NCBI RefSeq assembly: GCF_016432865.1
Contig: NC_067399.1
Coordinates: 1,922,001 to 1,986,000, forward strand
Origin: Antechinus flavipes
Lineage: Eukaryota
Reading direction: 5' to 3'
Length of the DNA stretch: 64,000 bases
The notes beneath the pieces were generated by a model. The model was not told the origin of the DNA. It made no database searches and saw only the letters and a program-made list of their open reading frames with translations. The position numbers and the translations under genes are program-made. Shown piece by piece: positions 26,001 to 37,447 of the stretch; positions within the stretch are counted from its first letter, which is position 1; each line of letters begins with the position of its first letter.

Positions 26001-27934
26001 TTCTGCCTTTGTGTTTCTAGTGCTTGGCACACAGTAGGCACTTAATAGTTGCTCATCAAGTTAGGGAGCCCCGGACAACCCCAGCCCCGCCCCCCCTTCT
26101 CCCCCACTCACGATAGGCAGTGGCCGAATCTCTCTCCTGCTGGTCCCGAGTGAGGAACATGGTGAGGGCGGAGTAGGGGACCTGGAGCAGCTGGAGGAGG
26201 GGGCGCGTCAGCGCCTCCGAGGGAGGCACCCCCCCCCCCCGCCCAGCGCCGAGGGGAGCACTCACCGTGGACAGCGCCTGGAAGAGGCAGTAGAAGGCCC
26301 CGTACCAGAGCGCCCGCAGCCGGCCCACGGTGGGCAGGAACCACAGCAAGAAGTAGGTGAGGGCCAGGAAGGGCGAGCAGCTCAGGATCCTGGGGGGCGG
26401 GAGGGTGAGCCGGCCTCCGTCCTGAGGGGCGGGCCCCTACCTCCCCCGCCCCCCTCCCGGGGGCCCGGGATCGCAAGGCGCCCTCCCCCCCGGGGCTCAC
26501 CAGGGGGTCAGGCGGCCCAGGCGGGTCCGCGGGCTCCGGCTGACGAGGAATCCGGCCGCGGGATCGGCCGCCGCCCCCGACAGCTTTCCCGCGAACAGGA
26601 CGAGCGAGGCTTGGGCCGCGGGGATCTGGGGCCAGAAGAACAGAAGTGAGAGGGCGCCGGGCCTTCCCGGGAGGGGGCGCTCTGGGCGGGGGCGGGATGC
26701 TCTGGGGGGAGGGGGCGCTCGGGCAGGGGGCGTGCTCTGAGCCGGGGAGAAGGGACTCTGGCGGGGAAGGGGGGCGCTGGGCGGGGGGGGGAACTCTCTG
26801 GCCGGGGAGGGGGGCTCTGGGCGGGGGGGGGGTGCGGCGGGAGGCCCTCACCCTGGCCACATCCAGCAGGAAGAGCTGCAGGTAAAAGGCTGCGGCGCTG
26901 GAGGCTGCCTGGTTGGGGGCTCCCCCAATGCTGTAACAGAGCTTAGAGATCACTGAAAGGCGCCCGCCGGGACCGCCCTGGGGAGAGACGAATGTCAGCG
27001 CGCCCGCCCCCTCACGGGGTCCCGGGTTCAGAGCGGGCGGGAACATCTGGTCCGCGGACTCCCGCTTCCTCCGGGGCAGCGCCGGCTCCTTGGCGGGGGG
27101 GGGACTCCTAATAAATGCTCAATTAATGGGATCGAGTGAGCGGAAGAAGGGCAGAGAGCAAAGCCCTGTCTTGAGGGACTCCAAGGCCAAGAGCGGGCGG
27201 AGGCCCGGATAGAGTTGGGTCCAGCCCCGGGGTCCCGGCCCCTGCTCTCTCTGGGAACCTCACGAGCCTCCGGACACAGGGCGGCCGCCGCTCCCGTTGG
27301 GACGGTCCCGCTTCGGTTCCTACTTAGGGAATGTTTGAGCGTGAGTGTGAAAATGAGTGCGTGCATAAAGATGTGTGAGCGTGCCTGAGTGAGCAAGTGA
27401 GTGTGCGTGAGTGTGAGAATGTGTGAGATCTCAGGCAAGGCGGGTGCTCCAGCAGAGGCTCCCCCCGCGCCCCCCAGCTGGGTGAGAGGGCGGCCCGCTG
27501 GAGCCGAGCCCCGTGGCCCCCCTCGGCCTCGGGACTACGGAGAAGCTGCGGGGGGAAGCGTCCTGGGGAGGAGGGGGCGCCCGGGGGCCCCACCAGCCGC
27601 CCCAGCCCGTCCCTGGGCCCCAGCTAGCCGCTTATCTCGCCCTCACACTTCCCCAGCCAGGGAAAGCCAAGTCATGGGCAGCGGGGGTGGGGTAGGGGGG
27701 GAGAGCCCCCAGGCTCCGAGAAAGCATCGCCCTCCTCCCGCTCGGGGGCCCGCCGCCCGCGGCTGCCTCCCGGTACTCGCGGGAAACTGTGCGGGGAAGA
27801 AGCCCGCCCGGCCCCGCCGCTCTTCCTCCGGACGCTGCCCCCCCGCCCCTGCCCCCTGCCTTCACCTGAGGGGGCTCCTCCTCTTTCTCGAGGATCTGGG
27901 GGCCTGGGTCGCGGTCCCGAGTGGAAGCTGCCAT
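23064..27934 (-). CDS. MFSD2B: MFS lysolipid/sphingosine-1-phosphate exporter, 517 aa; complement join(27866..27934,26852..26977,26501..26625,26266..26389,26112..26190,25711..25856,25546..25636,25338..25456,25038..25121,24803..24883,24622..24731,24053..24196,23527..23703,23064..23142)
   Basis: Peptides [71 protein letters not shown] and [16 protein letters not shown]. All 13 introns are GT-AG and phase-consistent, total 1554 nt. Position between WDCP and UBXN2A indicates the 2B paralog. The first and last exons are inferred from splice signals and are less certain. Confidence 0.93.
27631..27652 (-). promoter_or_regulatory. Adjacent GATA (AGATAAG) and ETS (GGAAGTG) motifs in MFSD2B intron 1
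   Basis: Plus strand cttatct at 27631-27637 and cacttcc at 27646-27652; motif match only. Confidence 0.35.
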
Positions 27935-28604
27935 CCGGCCGCCGCCTCTGCCTCGGTGTCGCGGCCACCAGGAGCGCGAGCTCCTCTTCTTCTGAAGCCG
28001 CAGCTTCGGGGCGGGGCTGGAGAGGGCGGGGCAGGAGGGGGCGGGAGGACCCCCGCCCCCCAGAATGCTCCGGAGAGGAGGAGGCTGCCAGGGGTGGAGC
28101 CGGGGTTCTGGGGAGCGGAGAGGGCCCAACGAAGGCCGGCTTGGCCGTCCCGGGGCCCGCTGGGCGTTCGTGGCGCACCTGCCCTTTTCTGGGCCTTAAC
28201 TCTCCTTCCCGTCGAGGTTGGGGTGAAGGCAGAGCCGGGACCTGGGCTGGGCCCCGGGCCTGGCGTGGGAGAAGCAGCGGGGGGAGGGGGGCAGAAGAGG
28301 GGAGAGGGGAGTGAGGGGGGCGCGGCCCAAGAGCCAGGCCCTGCGGGCAGGGAGGGAGCGCCCGCGGCAGGATGGCCGGGCGGCCGGGGAAAGGCACGTG
28401 CGGGAGGCTGGAAAGGCCCGAGTCGAGGAACCCTTCAAGGGAGACAACTCAATGAAAGCAAAATGTGGGAAGTGGCTAGGCCCGTGTGCCAGGCCCAGCA
28501 CAGAGTGCCGCCCTCAGGGAGACTGGGGGGAGGGGCAGGCTCCGGGCCGCAGGGCACCGGCTCCCTCACCCGCTTCCCCTTCCCCAACGGGGACCGTTTT
28601 TCCT

Positions 28605-28925
28605 GGCTGCCCCCCCCAGTGCCCCTGGCTGCCCCCCCCAGTGCCCCTGGCTGCCCCCCCTGCCCCTGGCTGCTGCCCCCACTGCCCTTGGCTGCTCCCC
28701 CCACTGCCCCTGGCTGCCCCCCCCAGTGCCCCTGGCTGCCCCCTCCCCAGTGCCCCTGGCTGCCCCCCCCAGTGCCCCTGGCTGCCCCCCCTGCCCCTGG
28801 CTGCCCCCCTGCCCCTGGCTGCCCCCCCTGCCCCTGGCTGCCCCCCCCACTGCCCCTGGCTGCCCCCCCCACTGCCCCTGGCTGCTCCCCCCCCAGTACC
28901 CCTGGCTGCTCCCCCTCCCCAGTGC
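28605..28925. repeat. C-rich tandem repeat (gcccctggctgccccccc core, about 17-22-bp units)
   Basis: Directly visible; the minus strand has repeated G4-G8 runs. Confidence 0.9.
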
Positions 28926-28959
28926 CCCTCCTCATTTCCACCTCCAGATTCCCTGGCAT

Positions 28960-29270
28960 CTTAAGAAAAGGATATATGTGTGTGTTTTACACACGCACAT
29001 ATATAGACATTTTATTACATAATTTTTTCACACAGACACATGTATATTTACACACACATATTACATACACATATTTTACGCACATATATAGACGTATTTT
29101 ATACACATAGAAACATTTCACACACACAAAGACAAATGTATATTTTACACCAAATATACAGAGACATTACACACCCGGACGCATTTTTTGCACACACACT
29201 ATATATATATATATTTTACACACATAGATATATCACGCACACGCAATATACGTACATCTCACACACACAC
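28960..29270. repeat. Degenerate (CA/TA)n microsatellite
   Basis: Runs such as acacacatatatagacat. Confidence 0.85.
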
Positions 29271-29964
29271 CTTAAAGAAAGGCCAGACCCAGGCCGAGTC
29301 CCACCGCGCGAGCTTTCCCTCGGTTCCCCGGATGGAAGGTGGGAATCCTCGCAGCGCCCCCCGGGGTTGCGGGGAGGGCCGTGGGAAGTCACCCTGAAGC
29401 AGCCCCGGGCGCAGAGTAGGGACCACGTCCTCGCGCCCTTTCCCTTCCGCTGAGTGACGCGGCCCCCGCGGGGACTGAGGTGGCGGGAGTGCGGGGCACA
29501 GGTCCGGAGGAGCCGAGATCCGGTCCAACCCCAGCCGCCTCCAGCTGTGTGAGGCCGGCCCGCCCTTGATCTCCATTGACTTCAGTTTCCTTCATTGGAA
29601 AACGGGCTTTTCCGGGAGCGACCGGACTCGGACAAGGGCTTCGGGTCTGGGCCGGGGGAGGCGCCGGGCGGTTGCCGTGTCTAGAGAAAGGCGCCCCCGG
29701 GCCACCACCGGACTTGGGCCCTGCGGGTCCTAGCGATTCCGTTCCCGCCTCCCCCGGCCGGGCTTGTTCTTCCGTGGGTTCGCCCGAGGGCTCCAGCCCC
29801 CCTCCCCCGAGCCTCCCAGGGCTCTCTCCACACAGGGCTCGCCCGGGGACCGCGGGTCTCCCCCCAGAGTCTGTGGGTCTCCCCGCTCTCAGCGCCGGCC
29901 CCGAGGCAGCCACACCCGGAATGCAGGCGCTTTCTCTGGGTTTTCAGCGTGAGCGCTGACCCAG

Positions 29965-30200
29965 GTGCTCACTCACACACACAACTCACACACTCATACA
30001 CACACTCTCACACTCACACACTCAGACATACACACACTCTCACACTCACACACTCAGACATACACACATTCTCACACACACATACATTCACACACTCTCA
30101 CACTCACACTCAGACACACACATTCTCACACACACACTCACATACACACTCACTCATATACACTCAGTCTCACATGCTCACTCTCACACATTCACTCGCA
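29965..30200. repeat. Degenerate (CA/CT)n microsatellite
   Basis: cacacactctcacactcacacactcag runs. Confidence 0.9.
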
Positions 30201-30250
30201 GACCCCCCTCCCCCTCCAACACAGACAGAGGCACTGGGCAGTTTCCTAAC

Positions 30251-30256
30251 TTTATT
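30251..30256 (-). terminator. UBXN2A: Probable UBXN2A polyadenylation signal (AATAAA on minus)
   Basis: tttatt on plus, 1.3 kb past the stop codon, followed on the minus strand by a GT-rich tract that could act as a downstream element. Confidence 0.5.
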
Positions 30257-31556
30257 TAGAACACCGAGTCTCCACACCCAACGATGGCCGAGGAGAGGGG
30301 GAGGCCGCGGCCGCGTCAGAAGCCCACGTGGGGATCACTTCCCGACGAGCCCTTCCGGACTGAAGGGACATCCCCGATGCCTTCCCGGTGACCGTCGTCC
30401 TAAACGCTTTAAGGCACTGAAGTCCGCCCCCTGCTCCTCGCGGCCGCTGCGCTGCAAAGGGTCTCACGGGGCCTTCCGAGATGGAAGGGCGAGGTCCCCA
30501 AGGCCCGGCAGGGGCCGCTCCCTGTCCAGCCCACGTGGTCCCGTGGTGGGTCCGCCCGGTGCACTGGAAGCTCGATGGGCTTTAACTCCTCCTCCCGATT
30601 CGGACCCACGGGCGGCTCTCGAGCCCGGGTGGGAGTGGTCTGCGCAGTTCCAGGGGGTTCCCGCCGGAGGCTCAGAGCCCCACTCCCCCTGAGGGCCGGC
30701 CAGCGGGCGCTCCCTCCTCCCGAGGAGCTCCTGCCCGTCCCCGGGCATTCTGCCAATGCCGAGGGAGGGAACAAACTGCCGAGCGGAGCGGGAACCAACC
30801 GCCAGGGCTGTGGCAGGTCCTCCAGCAAGGCGGCCTCCTCCACATCCCCGAGGGACCTGGCACGGGGGCTTGGGGGCGCCCGCTGTCCTATACGCCGGGA
30901 GCAAAGCGCTGCTCCCCTGAGGGTTTCTGGGGGTTCTCAGCAATGTAAGGAAGGGCGAGCCATGCTGCGGGTGCGGGATGGACGGGACAGGAGGAAGGCT
31001 CGGGGTCCCTTGCAGCATTTTCCAGGAGCACGAAGCCCACAAGAGCCTGCGCCATGTGGGGCTCCCTGCAAAGGAGGGAGGGGCCTCGGCCGTTTGGGGG
31101 CTCAGCTCCTGTTTCTTTCTCTGACTTAATTGCTCACACTTAGAGTCGCCACAAAGAAAGAACCTGGGGGGGGGGGGCAGGGAGCTCAGCCACCGCGCCC
31201 CCTGGAGGTCCAGACAGGAGCCGGCCTGTTTGATGGGCGGGCAGAGGGGGACCCTGAGGAGCGGCCCCTTGTGGGGGCAGAGGGACACCACAGGGAGCTT
31301 GTTGGACCCGAGGCTCGGGCCCAGGGCCAGGAGAAGAGGAAGCATCTACCATTTCCAAGAGTCACCTAGAACGGGCCGGACCTAAGACCTGCGCCGTCCA
31401 TCTGCTTCCCGCCGTCCATCTGCTTCCCGCCGTCCAGCCGCACCCCGCCGCTCCCGGCTCCCGGCCACGATCTTGGGGAGGAAAGGGCCGGGAGGTGCCG
31501 GAGAGCGTCTGCCAGAGCTCAGGCGGGCCAGGGGCCCCCCGCCAGTGGCTCCGGGG

Positions 31557-34500
31557 CTAGGACAGGCCCTGGAGGGCGGCGTGAGGGGCCTGGCGCCTCT
31601 GGATGACCACGGCGTTCTGCAGCTCCGCCTCCTCCAGCGTGAGGGCGTCGTCCAGCAGCCTGAGGCCCGGAAGGGCAGTGACCAGCGCGAAGGGCCGACT
31701 CCCCTGGGGGCCTTCGTACTTCCGGATGAAGTCCCGGACGTGGCTCACCCTGGCGAGGGAGGAGGCAGAATGAGCGAGCGTCCGTCCCAGCCCTTCCCCC
31801 AGGGCCTGTCGGCCTCCCTTTCTCTGTCCCCCAGGACAAAGGACCCTCTCCTACCTCCCTTCCCCGCCCCCCCCCACCCCCCTCGGTTCAGGCACGGCTT
31901 CCTGAAATCTGCCCCCGCCCTCCGAGCTTCCCCCTCCGAGCGACCTCGTGTTGGCTTAACTGCCCAAGTTATTCCCTGTCCTTGGTGGAGCGGAAGACCC
32001 CGTCCTGCCCCGTGTCCGCACTGCCCGCACCGGGCCGGCCCCACCGGTGCTTGTGAACATGAAACCGAGGGCAGACGGCCGCCCTGCTGGGGTTCACACG
32101 GGCCCTCCGAGTCACCCGGCGCTGCCCTCTCTGACCCTGCTCCGGCCACGGACTCCCATCCACTGGCAAAGGGGGGTCCTCCTCCCCTGCCCGGAGCCTA
32201 ATGGGGGAGAGCTCGTGCGGATCCAGCTTCTGCGGCTGGGGTGGGCCCGCTGCCGCTCCTTCTCCGGGAGCGAGGGGCCCCGGGCGTCCGGTGGGGCCCC
32301 AGGACCAGCGCCGACTCCTCCGCAGCTGCAGGGGAGCGAGCCTCCCGCCGGCCCCTTCCTGCCGTTTTCCCTCCATCCCTTGGGGGTCCTGGATTCTGGG
32401 AGAGGTTTCCTTCAGGTGTGTGACTGGCGTGGCGCTGAGGGAGTGCGCCCCTCTTCTGCCGGAAGAGCCCAACCATGAGGCAGCACCGTCTCTTCTTATT
32501 TTTAGTTCTTTTGCTGAGGTAGTTGGGGTTAAGTGACTTGCCCAGGGTCAGGCAGCAGGAAGCGTCGGGTCCTCCTGACTTAAGGGCCGGGCCCTAGCCA
32601 CCGCACCACTGGCTGCCCAGTCTCTAATTACCCAGGCTGTCTTCCACCGGCCCTCCATGCTGCCCGCGCACCTCCGTGGGCCCGACACGTCACGCGGTTC
32701 CTAGTTTTCCGGGTGAGATCTCTCTGGCTCTCCGGCCCAGACTCGGACACCGCTGAATCGCTCCCGCTTCTCCCTGAGCTGCGCCGTGTGTTCTCCGGCC
32801 TCCCCCTCATGTCTCACTGCTGGGGCCCTTCGCCCCGGGGCCTGCTGGGACGCCTGCCGCGGGTGACTGCGCCCCTCGGGGCTTGGACACGGCCTTTTCC
32901 GGGGGAGAGCGCCAGGCGGCCATCCCACAACCCTCGGCCCCAATGGTCGTTGCATCCGGGAGTGGCGGGAGGGCGGCCGCCTTTGTCAAAAGCTTCGGGT
33001 CTAGTGACGTCCCCCGGTGGTCTCAATGTTAGGGATGAGCTCGTGGGGCCTTCACGGGGGGCTGAGGTGGTTGCTATGGAAACAGCTGACTGAGAGTTGC
33101 AATTTTTTGCTGCTTAAATGCGGCTGCTGATTGGCTGGAAAGGGCCCCTCCCTCCAGTGCCGCTGGAGCTGCTGATGGGGGCCCTCTCCTGAGCTCTGCC
33201 TTCCTCCTTCAGAATAAGGAACCTCCCCCGAGGGTAATGGAGTCACACCCCAGTTCAGGTGAGAAGCCAAGAGTTCCTTACAGAGTTCCTGCGGCCTCCA
33301 GGCTGGTCCCTCCCCCTCTTCCTGGGCCAGCAAATTCTCTCTTCAGCCAAGCTGAGTGTCAGAGACCCAGACCCCCGACCTGGCCCCCAGCCCAACCCCT
33401 ACAGCCTGAATCCCCAGCCCAGATCCCCGGCCAGGACCCCCCCCTCTAATCTCCACAGTCTGTACCCCTGGTGACCCCCAGCCCAGCACACACCTGTGGG
33501 ACACATTGAACCTCTGCACGAGCCTCTTCCCATCGGCGAGCCAGATCTGGACGCTGGTGATGGGCTCCGAGGGATTCAAGGGGACAGAACTCGGAGGCTT
33601 CGGGTGCCCGGAGTCCCCACTGCTTACCCTGGAAACTATTCTCGGGGTAGCGCTACGGGAGAAGGGGAAAGACTGGAGCCCAGAACTCGGTGCCGCCGGC
33701 TCTCCCGGGGGTGTGGGGGCCGCCAGAGTGGGGAGGGTCTCTGCACAAAGAAGGCTGGAGAGGCCACGGGAGCCCCACCTCCATGCCCTGAGGGAAAGCC
33801 TGTGGGCAACTTCTTCCCCAGGCCCAAGGGGGCTCCCCGCCTACCTCCCCAGCCGGTGGCCCAGCCCTGAGAAGGGCTGGAAGGCGGGCTTCTTGGACAC
33901 ATAGACCTCCTTCTTCTTGTCCTCCACCTTCACGTCCACCTCCTCCTTGTCAAACATGCCCTGCAGCTCCAGGGGCAGCTCCCTGGGGGAGAGCAGAAGT
34001 CAGGGCAAAGTCAGCCCAAGAGCACTCATGGGAGAATCATGGCAGGAACGAGGAAGGGCGACTCCTCCCACAGGAGAGGACCGGGCCTTCTGTGGAGCCA
34101 GAGGCCACCAGGCCCAAACGTCAGCTCCAGGGAAGCCCCCGCAATGCCTGGAAGGTGCCAGGGAGCGAGCCCAGAAGGTCCGGGGCTACCCGGTTCTGCA
34201 TGGCCTCCGGAGCCCTTCGTCCTCCCCTCCTGGACTCCTCTGCTGACCATCCTCTCTCCCGTCCCAGCACTGGCCCCCCTGGCTTCCTTTATATCCCAGC
34301 CAAGTCCCCCCTCCTATGGGGAAGCGTTCCCCAGCTCCTCCTCATTACCTCCCGGCCACAGAGATCTCCGTGGTATGGCAAAGGAGAGGGGGAGGAGAAA
34401 GGATCCACAGGCAGGACCCCTGGCCCTCTCTGGGCTCCCAAATGGAGGCCAGGCAGTGGACTTGGAGCTTCCTTCACCCTTGTATTCTTGGCAGGACTTC

Positions 34501-37447
34501 CTTCATTTCCGGGACGGACGCAGCAGTGATCTCGGGCCTCCCACCACCCCCAGGGACTCTGGGACAAGAGAGGGGCAACCAAAAGCCCCCCCCCCCCCAT
34601 CTTCAGACATTTGGTCACCAGCTCCCTGGAGGCTCTGTCCTGGCCACATACCCCTTCCTGATGGCGTTCAGGAACTGCTGGCTGGCCCCGTCCCCATAAC
34701 TGCGGAACTCATCGTTCACGGTGAACCCGTTCTTCCAGAGCTTAATGCTTACATCAGCCTGTAAGAGTCCACAAGGGAAACTGAGACAGTCAGGCCGGTC
34801 ACCCCCAGGGTTACCTGCTGGGGAGAGGCACTGGGAAAGAGCCAGCGGGGCCCACCTTGGACATTCTACTGGGAATCATCTCCCTGGCCCCTGCAAACAG
34901 AGCCACTCCCTATGGCAAAGGGATTCCCCCGAAGCCCCAAGAAGTGCCCTCAGCTCGGGGAGGCAGAACCCGACAATCCCCCAGGCTGGGAACGAGAGCT
35001 GGGGCTCCCACATGCGGCCCCAAAGCTGGGCAATCCCAGCAGCCACACGGTATGATCCACACCGGGGCTTGCCCCCCAACACCGTCCAGGCAGGCTGTTT
35101 CCCTCTCAGGCTTCAGCGTGTCCCTGGGAAATCGGGGCCAAGCACAACGGGGCTAACCCAACACCCGCTTCTCCCAGCCTTCTCTGGGAGCCACGTCCCA
35201 GACGGGCCATCCTCTGCTGCCCTGGCCCCAGCCTCTGGATGTCCCCCACCCCAGACACTGCACTTTCTGGGCATCTCCCTGGAGGGTGCTGCCCCAAAAG
35301 GAGGGGAGAGGAGCAGGTGGCTCTAATCTGGGGGCCCCCACCTCCCATAGTGGGGGGCTGCTCTAGCCTGGGGTCCCCGCCTCCCATGGTGGGGAACTGC
35401 TCGAGTCTGGGGTCCTTGTCTCCCATAGTGGGGGGCGGCTCTAGTCCGGGGCCCCTGCCTCCTGTGGTGGGGAGCTGCTCTGGCCCTCCAGCCCCCATAA
35501 CTTCCTGCAAAAGTCCCACCTCATCCTTGGGTGGGAGCTAAGTTTTGGAGGCCAGCAGCGACTGGACCAAAAGTTGGGACTGGGCACTAACACCCACCTG
35601 TCTTCTGTCGGCGGAGGGCAAGCACTCAGTGCCAACCTTCTGGGCTTCCTCCAAGAGGCTGTCGAAGAGCAGCTCGCAGCTTTTGGCCTGGCCACCATGG
35701 AGGGGCTGCCCTTCGGCGCCAGACTCACAAACCCTGTGGAGGCAAGGAGACCCTTACAGAAATATGGCCACGAGCCCCATCTTCACAGCCCCTTCAGCAC
35801 CCTGGTCAGCGCCTCCACAGGCCAATGACCGTGATTCCTTCCTAGCAGCCCCTTCAGCACCATGGTCAGTACCCCCATAACAAGGATATGGCCATGATTC
35901 TCCTCCTAGCACCCTGGTCAGCGCCTCCACAGGCCAATGACCGTGATTCCTTCCTAGCAGCCCCTTCAGCACCATGGTCAGTACCCCCATAACAAGGATA
36001 TGGCCATGATTCTCCTCCTAGCACCCTGGTCAGAGCCCCCGCAGGACAATGGCCATGATTCCCCGCCTAACAGCCCTCTCAGCACCCTGGTCAGCTTCCC
36101 CCCCCCCCCCCCCCAGCAGCCCCATTCAGCACCTTGGTCAGCGCCCCCAAAGGATAATGGCCATGATTCCCCTCCTGACAGCCCCCCAGCTCCCTGTCAT
36201 CACCCCCACAACAGGGATGTGGCCATGACACTCCCCCCCCCACCCCGCCCTCTCAGCACCCCGAACCCAATCTCCATGTCCAGCCATTCAAGCCCCCATA
36301 CATGGAAATTAGCAGGAAGCAGATTTTAGTTACAAATTTAGCTTTTTTTCAAGGACTCAGACCCCTGGAAATACTTGGGGAGGGCGGGACCACCACTCCC
36401 AGTCCCAGAGAGGAGCCCAGGCTTGGAGGGAGCCAGCAGCCTCACTGCCCACTCCAAGCAGGTTTTGGGTTTCTCCCCGGAAGGGCTTCTTTGGGCCCTT
36501 CCCAGAATTCAGGCAGTGCCCCTTGTAGGCATCCCACAGACCCCTTTGGCTGCCCCCAGACCACTGACTTTTCTGCAGGGGGGAGGGGCTCCCTCCAGGC
36601 CCAGTAGGCAGGAGAGGGGCTCTGGGTCGGGGCAGGGGGATGCTGGGGGGCCATCCACTCACTAGCACTGTATATAGAAAAGAATGGGCCATGGGAGCGG
36701 ACAGTGAAGAAGTTTGAGGGCACATGGCCCTTCGTTTCTCATTTCCTGGCACGGGCGCTGCTCACGTGGAGGAAGCACTGGCCGGCTGACGCCAAAGTTT
36801 CCCTTAATGCAGGCGGAAGGACACCTGCCCGACAAAGCAGTCTATTGGTCAAAGATCCTCCAGAGACGGCCGCTGGTGCAGGGGGTGGAGTGCTGGGCGT
36901 CGAGTCAGGAGTTCAAATTCAGCCTTAGACACTTCCTAGCTGTGTGAGTCTGGGAAAGTCACTGCACCTCTGTCTACCTCAGTTTTATCAACTGTAAAAT
37001 GGGGATCATTAACAGCACCTGTATCTCAGGTTTGTTGTGAGGATCAAAAATATAGTTGTAGAGAGCGCTAGCACGTTGGTGCACAGTGGGGGCTCTGGAC
37101 CTGCCTGCTGCTTTCCCTTCCCCTTTCCCCTATGAGCCCCAGAGACTTTGAAATTGTCCATATTACTGGGAGAATCTGGGTGAGGAGGCACCTGAAAGGG
37201 AAACCGAGGCAGGGAGAAAAAACCTGTGCCTCTCACAGGAGCCCTCAAACTCCAAAGCCTGTCACCAGTAAGCAAATGGCAGCTGGCCCAGAGACATTTC
37301 CAGCTCCGGCTCCCAAAGGACACGGGGTGCAACCCAGTAGAAACAAAGAGTACCTGAGGGCTGGGGAAGGGGGAAGGGAAGCCCCGGCCGGGCCCTCCTC
37401 ACTCACCAGTCTTCTCGAAGGCTTTCTAGCTTCTCCACCTCCTTCAT
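31557..37447 (-). CDS. UBXN2A: UBX domain protein 2A (SEP domain, SHP box, UBX), 257 aa; complement join(37407..37447,35598..35733,34652..34758,33845..33982,33494..33652,31557..31749)
   Basis: MKEVEKLESLREDW / VCESG / IKLWKNGFTVNDEFRSYGDGASQQFLNAIRKG / ELPLELQGMFDKEEVDVKVEDK...FSGLGHRLGS / EPITSVQIWLADGKRLVQRFNVSHR / VSHVRDFI...TLEEAELQNAVVIQR. GT-AG junctions in phase, 774 nt. The first coding exon has 14 nt of UTR after an acceptor at 37462-37463. Confidence 0.95.
32490..32615 (-). mobile_element. CORE-SINE (marsupial type)
   Basis: gaggtagttggggttaagtgacttgcccagggtc...ggtcctcctgact...ccaccgcaccactggctgccc. Confidence 0.65.
35340..35480. repeat. Short tandem repeat of about 37-39 bp, 3-4 copies
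   Basis: ctcccatagtggggggctgctctagcctggggtcccc-like units in UBXN2A intron. Confidence 0.65.
35757..36270. repeat. Tandem repeat with 112-bp dimer period built from about 55-60-bp monomers
   Basis: gcaccctggtcagcgcctccacaggccaatg starts at 35797 and 35909; diverged monomers continue to about 36270. Confidence 0.85.
36885..37080 (+). mobile_element. MIR SINE
   Basis: gagtcaggagttcaaattcagcc...ctgtgtgagtctgggaaagtcact...ctgtaaaatggggat core. Confidence 0.8.

Noticed and set aside
27401-29110. 569-aa Pro/Gly-rich ORF
   Set aside because: Antisense to MFSD2B exon 1 and promoter and runs through C-rich repeats; compositional artefact.
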